DNA of 64,000 nt from Epiperipatus broadwayi. Lineage: Eukaryota > Animalia > Onychophora. Made by a program: the position numbers and the translations under genes. The notes beneath the pieces are model-generated. The model had not been told where the DNA came from and searched no databases. It worked only from the letters and a program-made list of their open reading frames with translations. Position 1 is the stretch's first letter. Each line of letters opens with the position of its first letter. The stretch lies in the NCBI GenBank assembly GCA_028023455.1, contig JAQFVV010000006.1, positions 20,336,001-20,400,000 on the forward strand, in the 5' to 3' direction. Shown piece by piece: positions 53,672 through 64,000 of the stretch.

Positions 53672-54465
53672 ATGGAAGCAGAAAATGACAGTATAGCATC
53701 AATGAACTTCACTCTAAGGTTACTTGAAATATTTAGACAGAGTAAAGAAGAATGGAGAAAAATACGTGAGGAAGCAAGAAGAAGATATGAAGAACCAAAA
53801 ACGAGTCAGAAGAGGACGAGATAAGAGTTAGGGAGCATCAGAAAATTGATAGGGATATGTTGATATATCTTGAAATGATCAACGAACATTATGGAATATC
53901 CCCAGTTAGTAAAAAGGAAGAAGAAATTAAAGATATGGAAAAGGAAAGGGAATTAGAAATACTTGACGAACCGATGATAGTAGATGAGCAAATAGACCTT
54001 ATTCCAATAGATGAAGGCCCACAAGAACTGTTGAGTGAAAGCAGTAAAAAGGAGACAAGCATGGATGGGGACAAAAGAATAGGACCAAAAGTCACGGAAG
54101 AAAACATGAAAATGGACAGTGGATACCAAAGCCACTTAACAAAGATGGTCCACGTTAAAATATTTAGAGTGGAAATAAGGGAAAAACTTCAAACCTACCT
54201 AGAGAGCTCACAGAAGTACTTAAAATTTTATAAGAAAGGGCCAGATGTGCAGATAGCTATAGCTAGTTACCATCTGCAGGGATCTGCCAAAAACTGGTGG
54301 AATATGGGGAAGTGGAAATTTAGAACAATCCAGCATCACATGCTGCTAACCATCCAACCATTAATGACAGGCATTCAAATAAAAGATATAGGAGAAATGG
54401 TTGAATTTCTTACTACCGTGGATTTGAACCATTGGGCCAAAGAACCACCCGATAAAAGACAATGA
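53672..54465 (+). pseudogene. Ty3/Gypsy-type gag, one frameshift near 53800, probable internal deletion
   Basis: MEAENDS...EEP joins NESEEDEIR...MLIYLE across an A5 run. QIAIASYHLQGSAKNWWN and IQ..M....IKDIGEMVEFLTTVD align with the gag at 33310-33799. Confidence 0.8.
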
Positions 54466-54529
54466 TTAGAAAACCCAAGACCACAGTCATCGATGCCAAG
54501 AGATCGGTATTATCCACCTGACCCAGGGT

Positions 54530-57500
54530 TGTAAACATATTAGACTCTTAGGACAGATTAAACGTATATGAAAATATTAAAATGAAATTGTTATAATGAA
54601 CTTGGTTGAATGGATTGTACTTTAGTCAAATAGGGTTTTAGATAGAAATTTTATTATATATATTATTCTTTTAATTACTATTACTCTTAACATTTTTTTT
54701 ATATTATATTAACTAATCTTACTCTAAGAATTTTTTTATATAAATATAATCAGTTTAACTAACATTACTATGATTTCTACCAGACACGGCCAAAGTAGGC
54801 CATTTTAATTAAACTATAAATTCTAGATCCGGGTATATAAATTGTTCGTTGCTTCATGTAATCTCTGCTTTCTATATTTCAATATATCTGTAAAAACAAT
54901 AATAATGTTTTCGTCTTTAAATTATGTAATGTAAAATTTTTTTTCTCTTTCTTGCTTCCTTTGTTTTCCCTTAATTGTTCCCGGGAAGTACGGGGAAATA
55001 AAACAGTAAGATTCATATTCGAATCTTAAGTTTCACCTTTTTCTGTCGTCTCTCACTGACCGGTCTATCCCGCCCAAATTTAAACTTTTTGGTATCGAAT
55101 TGTGTGTGTAGCAATATTAAAAATGTATAAATATATGTAGAATTCAGCATAAACACGCACACATTTCGATCTCAAATTAAAGGCAATAAATAGGGATAAA
55201 ATAATATAATTTAGATTTCTTTTAGTTATATAATTTTGTATAATTTTAATCATTTATTTTGGATTATAAAGTTCGTATTTATTGCTTTGTTTAAATTTCG
55301 TTTAATAATAATTCTAAAAAAATCTGATGTAATATTTAATTAAAAGTTAAAATAATCTTATGTTCCCTTTTTGTCTTTGAAATTTAAAAGCATCGGTCAG
55401 TGATAGATAATAGATTAATTAAAGAAAAATTCCCCAAAATGTAATTAGTAAATGTAAAATGTAAACAATAGAACGGCAGCTTTCTTTAATTAAAAACCAA
55501 CAAAATGCATTGATTATCCTCAGGGCAGATTAAGTAGAACCTAAAAATATCTTAACAAAAATGTGAAAGATCAAGATAAAAAAAGAGGCCATCTTAGACT
55601 TGCTGGAGACATTCACTTAAACTTTAGCTTTGCTCTCGATCACTGAGAGTCTCCAAAAATAATAAAAATAATTTGTTCCTGCCAAGGTATGACCGAGTAA
55701 AGCACCTAGATTATTCTCCATCGGGAGATGGCCTATCGGATGCCGAACTTTCCATTGCCCGTCATAAATTCACCATGAAGATCTGCTGCCTGAAATAAAT
55801 GAAAAAGCTGCTGCTGCTGTGAAATTAAATGAAATATCTAAATACAAGAAAGACTTGCCACTCGTGAACTTTTTGCTGCTAAACTAATGGAATCAGAAAA
55901 CTTCTTATAAAACAGGTACCTGTCTGTGTTCAAACTCTAGAGTACTCTAATAATATGCTATAGCTCTTCTTCATACTACTTATCTAAATTATAAAATGTA
56001 AAAACTACCATATGTATAACTAAAACTGAATAATTAACTTAATGTGTAAATTTCTCTACTAATCTAGCTTACCTCATTCTATCTTGGGTGCGTATTTCTA
56101 AAATCTACATTTTATCTATATTTATTATTTAATTATTGCATGCTCACAATTGTCTCTATTTTCAAAGTTTAAATCTATGATCGTTTGAAACAGTGAATGC
56201 GTGTCACATTTTCATTAATATGTACTTCGTCGGGCCGAGGCAGAGACCAGCCCGCCATTCTTATAAACCATAACTAACTTAACTTTCATATAAATCGACA
56301 CGCATTCAGTGCATCACTTATTGTAATGCAGGGTCTACTACTTCGCAAATGGCTGACGTATTAGTTATAATAATTCCCAATTTATATAGGTTTTGTATTT
56401 ATTAAATCATCATGAATAATTCCAGAAAATTACATTTCTTTGAGAGTCGCCAACGTTCTTTAGTAAATGTTGATAATGTAGGGCCGAGTTAGAAATCTAT
56501 TTAAATCTCATCATAATCGTTTATACATTATACATGTGTTACGTTTTAGAGACGCGATGACCCATTCCACCGTGAAATTTCCGGATTCTTCAGGGTTGAA
56601 ATTAACCCCAGTCGTCCTACACAAGCAGGCATAATGGGTGCTCCCGTAGGACTTGACAACGTCATGCAGCCAGCCGGCAAAACTGCGACACGGACCGCTT
56701 GTCCCTGGTTATGCTTATGTGACACCTTACTTCGTCGGGCCGAGGCAGAGACCAGCCCGACATTCTTATAAACCCATTCGCGGCATTGCAGTTTCGATAT
56801 ACTGCCATTCCATATCGCCTTTCTAAAGCGTACCACGTGTTCCTTTACTTAATTTTATTATTCTATATATCACTCCGCCTCTGCATTATCTTCGTAATTC
56901 ACTCTCAAATAAATGTTTGCCCTTAGTTACAAATAAATATTTTAATTAAATAAATATATGTCTGCCGTTACTCTTATAACCCATACTTTAGACTCTTGCA
57001 TTGCAAAGGTATAAATCCCTCCAGGCATGCATTAGAAATACTTACTCGAGAATTTTAGGTAGCTAGATTACGCCCTCAAATAAATAATTCCTTTTGTAAA
57101 CAAATAAATAATGTATTCTTTAAAATATAATCATGTTGCAAATCCCGCTACTGAAGCTGTTAGTCCATAAAATATTATTAGTAAATGATCTTCTTAAAAT
57201 GTGTTAATAAATAATTTTAAACTATACGTCTGCATTTACGTTTCATTTATTCGATACCCATTCTATATAATATTTCCTCGATTATGTAAATATGAATGTT
57301 TAATTAATATTAGTTTGATTATTGGCTAACTCGAGAATAAAATCATGAGTCTCTTGCATATCCCTGACCACCGTGCCTAAGGAAATATTTACTAATGTCG
57401 CATCAGATGCGTTGTTTCGTGGATTGCATTGTGGAACCGATAAACTATGTTCGAACTCAGTACCATGGGTGGCTTCGCTACTTGATGGTGCTGCTGTTCT

Positions 57501-57557
57501 GTATGGTGGTCGAATTCTGCACTATGTTTACGAGTCACACGTTTTCTGACTGTTACA
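54530..57557 (+). mobile_element. Candidate long LTR (~3.0 kb) downstream of gag
   Basis: TGTAAA...GTTACA; CpG-retaining; TATAAA near 57019 and AATAAA near 57337; terminal ~70 bp similar to 48765-48837. Left boundary uncertain. Confidence 0.5.
56224..56775. repeat. ~46-bp GC-rich hairpin motif duplicated 505 bp apart
   Basis: acttcgtcgggccgaggcagagaccagcccg(c/a)cattcttataaacc at ~56224 and ~56729; stem gtcgggc/gcccgac. Confidence 0.9.
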
Positions 57558-58132
57558 TAGTTAAATTTTTTTTTTAGCGTTTGGCGCTTATATATATATA
57601 ATATTGTGGAGATGTTTTTTTATATGAAAATAGGCTCTAACCATAAGTAGACCATTTATTCTTTTAAAACATTTATTGATAGGTGAGGGAATGTTGATTT
57701 AATATCAATTTAATAATGCATGAGTGAAGAGTAATTTTCTTCCACAAGACTATATATATATATATATATAAAATTCAAAACTGCCTAACACTATACTAGT
57801 AATAAATAAAAAATACAAAACCATAAAACAATACAGTACTAAACAAATGGACTTTCTCAAGTGAAAATCAAACTAAAGAATCAACATATATATACAAAAC
57901 AAACAAAACTTCCCATAATTCATTTCAAAGACCAACTTTCCTTTTTATCAAAAGATGTCTTCATAAGATTGATAGCCTTAGATTCAAGAAGTATTACGAG
58001 AAGTTTTGGTTGTTTTGTATGTATGTGTTATTTCTTTAATTTAATTTTCACTTGAGAATGTATACCATTGTCATGTAAGGATTTTGCTAAAATTTGGATT
58101 TTTATCTAACATTGTATTGTTTTAAGATTTTG

Positions 58133-58135
<3 letters not shown>

Positions 58136-58206
<71 letters not shown>
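58136..58206. repeat. (TA)n microsatellite
   Basis: Visible directly. Confidence 0.98.
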
Positions 58207-58209
<3 letters not shown>

Positions 58210-58700
58210 TGACTTTATGCTCTAACAATTGTCTTATTCCAAACCCTTGCTGTGAATCAAATCTCAGATAAAGATTGCAGAAAATAAGAGATTATGTTAT
58301 GAAAGTAAAGTAATATAGGTCTTTGGTCTTTTTAGTTACCATTTTAAGTATTTAAAGGTATCATATAGGTATATTTTTTAAAAGTTAGACAGTGACTCAC
58401 TATTTTGATGGTAATCAATGCACTTTAGATTTAATGTTGATGGGTTAAGTTAACCCTTTAAATATTTTGCACATTAGGAAAACATATTATTTGCAATGAT
58501 TTATCTGTGACATGTTTTTAAACCTCAATCATTTGTCTGTTACTATATGTATATGGAAAAATCTAATGTGTGGAGTTACCTATTTTATAATTATTTAAAT
58601 AGAAAAAACACTTAACCTAGAACAATAGCTAATGAAGATCAACTGCCCCATGTCAAGTATCAAAGTTAAAACCTGACAGGCTTGATACATTCAAAAAAGT

Positions 58701-59030
58701 TATATGTTGAATTAAATATTTTCATGGATTGTTATTATAATAAAGAATAGACATAAAGAGATTATATCCATGTAAACAGAGATAAGTTTAACTTTTCATG
58801 TTGCCAGGAAACAATCCAATCATTACTAATTGACAATTCTTTTGAGACTAAACAATTTTTTTCCATTAACCTATAATAGGTCTTTTGTTGGAATTTATTG
58901 AAGACCTATTATGAATTAATGAAGTAAAACTGTTTAGTCTCAGGAGAATTGTCAATTAGTAGTATTAATTGATAATTTCCTGACAACATCAAAAACTAAA
59001 CTTATCTCAGCTTTCATAGATATAATCTCT
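58701..59030. mobile_element. MITE family X, palindromic copy with truncated right arm
   Basis: Left arm matches 49725-49900; internal inversion gagactaaaca / tgtttagtctc and ttgacaatt / aattgtcaa. Confidence 0.85.
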
Positions 59031-59200
59031 GTACATGTAACAGATACTGTCTAACACAATACTAACATTACAAAACTAGCAAAAATATTTACTTTACTAA
59101 AGTTCTCACACAATCATGGTTTCATCTATTATCTAATAAACCCTTCTCAAGTCAAATTCAACAAGATACAATCTTATTGAATTTCACTTGAGAAAATCTA

Positions 59201-60252
59201 CTGGGTTTCCCCCAAAATAAGACTGGGTCTTATATTAATTTTTGCTCCAAAGACACTGTAAACTTATTCTTAGAGGATAATTTTTTTTCATGTATAAAAA
59301 TCTATATTTATTTCAAGTACAAAAATGTACATTTATTTATGTACTTCTCTTTACAGAAGGTTGTAAGATTCTTATCTTGGAGTCCCCCATAATTACTTTT
59401 TTGTATTCATTGGTATAGCTCTTTTTTTATACTCATCTCATCTCATGATCAGAATATTATTCTGTTTAAATGATAAAGGTTAAAAATAGTTTGTCCACAC
59501 AAAAGCAGCAAAAAAAAATGCAAGCATAAAAATTCAGAAAATATTTCTGTATTTTACACATGCACTTTAAGTACGCCTATTATAATATATGATGATTCAT
59601 ATGTAACACAACTGCATCCATCCACCCATCCATCCATTCATTATCAAGTGTACACATTGTAAACATTTTCCAAATTACTTGTAATAGTCCTACTTGGGTA
59701 TTTTTTTTTTAAAAAATTTCTTTAGGAGAAAGATTGATTATTTAACGTAAGCTAAATTTTGTTTATTAAAATCACTTTCATTATTTTAATAAAATATTTT
59801 AGGCAGATAAATCAAACTATTTTTTTTTTTCATCCTGAATATTTAAAAGCTACCATAATGAACCACTAAAAGTAAATCGAGCATTCTAAATTTAAGTATT
59901 AAATATAAATAAAATAATTACTTGAAAATATGTAAATGAAATTATAAATTGTCCAAAATACTGACTTGTGATAAATAAATTTTTTCACTATACAGGTAGA
60001 ATTATGTTTCGTAAAAATTGTTGATGGAAAAACAAAGAACCATATATAATTAAATATTCCCATTTATTTAAAGAATTAATGTCAATAATATTGTTTATTT
60101 ATACAGTCATTACTTTATGACCATCAACCATCTATGTGGGTGACGATCTTAATTAGGGCCTTTTATTTGGAGTAGGGCTTATATTATAAGCATCCTGAAA
60201 TATCATGCTAGGGCTTATTTTCTGGTTAGAGCTTATTTTTGGGAAAACACAC
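59201..60252. mobile_element. Non-autonomous Tc1/mariner-superfamily (Tc2/pogo-like) element
   Basis: TA|ctgggtttcccccaaaataagac ... cttatttttgggaaaacacac|TA; repeated subterminal gggcttattt / ggtcttatatt motifs. Confidence 0.75.
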
Positions 60253-60479
60253 TATTTGTTAATAGATAAAATCATGGTTTTGAGAGAAATTTTAGTGAAA
60301 AAATTTTTTTTTTCTAATTTTGTAATGTTATATGATTTTCTATTATATATACAAACTTTTTCTAGTGGTTAATATGTAATATACTAGATTAACATCCCAA
60401 TACTAATTGTCTAAGTAAATGAAAGCCGCTCAATGTGTGTGTGTAAACAAACAAAAAGTGTGAATTATGTATATAAATA

Positions 60480-61300
60480 ACTAGAGAAATATCTGTATAA
60501 GATTTTGGGCTTTGAAATAAAAAGGAGAATCTTTTATCTGAAGTAAATCCTGATAAAAAGTTCTTGTTGGTTTGTAAAACAAATGATTTAGTTTGGGATT
60601 GTCAATTTCACTTGGATGTTACCTAGCATTCTCTAATTATTTGCACATGGATATTATCCCACAGCTTAATTAATCTAAAAAATATTTAATATTTATTTAG
60701 ATCTAAGTGGAAAATGATTTATTTTAATGATTTTAGAAAAAATTCAATTCTTAAAGTCTTAATATTTATAAAAATATCCGAGTTTATGTCTTATATGAAA
60801 ACTTGGATAATAAGATAAAAAAATCATCTCCTTTTGTCTCTAACTAAACTCTGGCAAACAATAATGGTGGACTACTAGAGCATGGATTTATCTTGGGAAT
60901 ATCAATTTTATTTAATGGTTACTAGAAACATAACTGCTAAAACATATTTTTATAGCTATTTATCTCACACATTTGTTTATTTTTTAATTAATCAAAACAT
61001 ATTTAATTGATCACTCATATAGCTCTAAAGAATAGATGATTTTTTATTTTTAGGATTTAATTTTTTGAAAGTCCTCACTTGTAAAGTTTTTATCTGAGTT
61101 TATATCTCATGTAAGATTTTGGTCATTGAGATAAAAGAGAATCTCCTTTTCTCTCTGGTTGTTTAGCTTGGAGGTGTCAATTTTAATTACTGATTATTTC
61201 AACAGCATTGCTAAGACATTTCTTTAGTTATTTATATAGATAACTCCTGCATTCATTTATTTAATTTTTTATTAATCTGTAAAAAGATATTATTTAAAAT
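60480..61300. repeat. Old ~300-bp tandem repeat, about 3 decayed units
   Basis: Recurrent block .tatct..t.taaga.tttgg...ttgagataaaa.agaatctcctttt near 60490, 60780 and 61095, plus tgtcaattt and ttaattaatc blocks. Confidence 0.6.
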
Positions 61301-61308
61301 ATATTATA

Positions 61309-61385
61309 TAATGAGCGTGCCAATAGCTCTTAATACAAGCTTATTAAATCAAATCATGTAATATATGACTTGATTTCCTTGCAAT
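61309..61385 (+). mobile_element. Miniature deletion derivative of the 52011-52951 element
   Basis: Left end (atgagc.tgccaatagctcttaa) is joined to right end (tacaagctta.taaat...atatgacttgattt..ttgcaat), followed by a TA tract. Confidence 0.75.
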
Positions 61386-61862
61386 ATGTATATATATATA
61401 TGCTAGTATTATAGTTTAGCAAAAGATAATATATAGTCTTATGTTATAGTTTTACCTTTAATTTAGTATTATTATATTGAAATTAAAATTTCTATGGAAT
61501 AAAAAAAGGACTGTAAATTTTTTGATCATGCAATTTTACAATGCTTAAATATAAGTTTGGAAATATATTTTACCCCCATGGAAAGTTCAGTGTTTTGGGA
61601 GAGTAGTGGATTCAAGTAAAACGTTTCTGGTTTAATTTTCAGCCTAGGCAACAAAAAAGATGTTCAAATTCATGAGTAAAATAATTTGATTTTCATTATT
61701 AAAAGTAAAAACGTATCTTTTTTTATAAATGAAATATTATATTCATGTAAAAGTTTATGCTTTGTACTAGCGCACAGCTCACCAATTATTAATGTAAAAG
61801 TAACCATCAGTAATAAATGTTATATCTTATTACTAATATTTTTATTTAACCTAGAGCCTTTA

Positions 61863-61896
<34 letters not shown>

Positions 61897-63269
61897 ATAT
61901 ATATATAAATAAATTAGCGACTATTTCTAAACGTTTTTCAAGGATGGCTTCATTTCCTGAAAAAAATGTTTATGATTCCAAAAAATAAAAAAATTAAGTT
62001 CATCCAACTCAGATCCCGATCTTTAAATAGTGGTGATACAGATGCCCTGAATACTAAACCTTCCTGTGTTCACGAGAGTCTGAATTATATAATAACTTTG
62101 AAAAATATATTTTTATAACTTTAAATGATAATGAAACAACATGCAGACATACAATTATTAAATGAAAAAATCTAATTGATGTATTAAATACAATATTCTC
62201 CATATTTCAGCTATTTGTAAATTTAATCTTAAAATTAGTCACAGTTGAAATGAATACGTTATTTTTTTCTATACTAAATCAATACATATAATTAAAACTG
62301 ATAAATTAATTGAAGTATTTTTAAAAGACTCATATGTTCGTTGCTTTAATTACAAGTTTGAATATAAATAAAGCAATATCAATGTTAATTGTTAAAATTA
62401 TGTTTGATTGCACGTGGAGATAATATGGAAATATTAGATGCTCTTCATTCTAGATCTAACGAGTTTCCAGCAAACAGACAAGAATAAAATAAATATTTAT
62501 CTATAAATGAATCATTTAAAATTCTCTTTGATATTTATTCTTTTTTTTTTCAAAAAAAAAAATTCGTTAAAAATAAATTTATAAATGTAAATACTAATGA
62601 CATCCATCTTTACAAAAGTAAGTTGAGTGAAAAGTAGATTTGTTTGAATTGTCAGTTAAATTATTATTATTATTTGAGAACATAAATTGTAAGTAAATGT
62701 TGTATTTTAAAATGTTTAAAATTTGTATAACAATTTGCTAATGCATTTTAATAAATGCAGTTGTTTAAATGATTATTTTCAAGGATTTCATATTGGAATA
62801 ATTAATGCATCAATCTATTGTGCCTATTATGATCTAGGTTTGAACTCAGGCCAGAGAACATTTTCTTTTGGTTATAAACAATTTTTTTTCTATTAGGAAT
62901 CTATTTCAAAACTAATCTAGTTACTTACCAGTGTTGTTAGTAGACGTTTATCAAGCTATTATTAATTGATATTTGAAAGACCAGTTAACCTAGTGATCAA
63001 GAGTTAGTGTAATGTAACATAGTCTTTCTAACCGGTGGGAAAAATACCATACTTCTGTGGGTATAAAGTCTATGGTTTTTTTTTATCTTTTAGTTAATGA
63101 TCATGGTTGTCATGAAAAAAGCATAGATCACTATTTCCTATGCTTACACAAACTATTAAAACAGATGATGTGATGTGATGTATTGTAGCTTCTCCTTAAA
63201 CGGAGTCAAGAATCTCTCAACAATTATGCCCAGAGAAACCTGTTAGCCAATTTATTTTCCATTTCCCAG

Positions 63270-63770
63270 TCTAAGTTTTTCCATATTCTGCTTCATCCCA
63301 TTTCCACAACATCATCTTTGTCAACTCTATGGCCTTTATACCTAAATCCCCCTTATCTTTTCCCAAACCAGTATAAAAACCAATAATCAACTTTCTGTTT
63401 AATCACTTTTTTTATATTTATTCTTTCATAACTCCATTATATATGCCCTTTCTGTTTTCAGGCATTTACATTCAATTAACAAATGCCTAATATTTTCTAT
63501 TCCATCCTTACATAATTTACAGATTAAACCCCCCATATTTTTCCAATTACATGTATATTCTCTTGTTGCTAAAGATCCCATTTGAGCCTTAAACAATAAA
63601 CTACTTTCCTTACTATTATCATATATTAACTCACACCTAATATTCTGTTTATTTCTATATATATTTAAACTCTTTTTACTCTCCATACTAGTTCTCTATC
63701 TCTCTAACTCCCTATTCTTTATTAATAAATCTATTCTTTTATCCCATTCCTTACCACTATAGCACTCAAA
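63270..63770 (-). mobile_element. 5'-truncated LINE, ORF2 C-terminal CCHC zinc-knuckle region
   Basis: MESKKSLNIY...IYDNSKESSLLFKA.MGSL.T...CKLC..GIENIRHLLIEC gives the CxxC..H....C pattern of LINE ORF2 ends. Confidence 0.85.
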
Positions 63771-64000
63771 ACTCTACGTACAATAGTGCCACCTAGTGTA
63801 AGCCAGAATAATCAATGCATACAGGAAAGTCTGGGCATAAAATTTCTATCTAGTGCATAGTCATCCAATATCCCTAGACTAGTTTTTAGCCTATTACCTT
63901 TCATCAATAAAAAACTTTTGATTTGAAATCACTGCACTTAGATCTTAAGGTTGTTTTAAACTTTTATCTTTTAGTTTGTGAGCATGGTTTTAATGTGGAA

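Noticed and set aside
56546-56836. 96-aa ORF and possible HDV/twister/hammerhead ribozyme
   Set aside because: The ORF is expected by chance at this GC content. P1-like gtcctac/gtaggac exists but P3/L3/P1.1 do not fit HDV, and ctgaaga...gaaa leaves no room for stem II.

Overview
AT-rich (roughly 25-30% GC by eye), CpG-depleted eukaryotic genomic DNA, probably animal and possibly arthropod (inferred from TATA+TCAGT initiator promoters and the element types). It looks intronic or intergenic, and I cannot support any intact host protein-coding gene. The window is mostly decayed mobile DNA. This includes a ~4-kb Ty3/Gypsy element on the minus strand (gag, protease, RT, RNase H; no integrase), two more gag remnants, two related ~3-kb LTR-like sequences, a tandem pair of short LTR-like units, a Penelope GIY-YIG endonuclease fragment, several RTE/LINE 3' ends, a decayed mariner, hAT and Tc2/pogo-type MITEs, many fold-back elements, and long (TA)n and (TATC)n tracts. 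The most interesting signals are three. (1) A two-copy repeat family carries a decayed minimal type I hammerhead ribozyme, in one copy enclosed by an inverted repeat. (2) A 140-bp repeat unit is inserted as a near-perfect tail-to-tail fold-back between 17-bp direct repeats. (3) Two similar TATA-Inr core promoters lie 11 kb apart, each followed by a GTAAC splice donor, suggesting alternative first exons of an unidentified + strand gene. All calls come from reading the sequence by eye; no searches were run.
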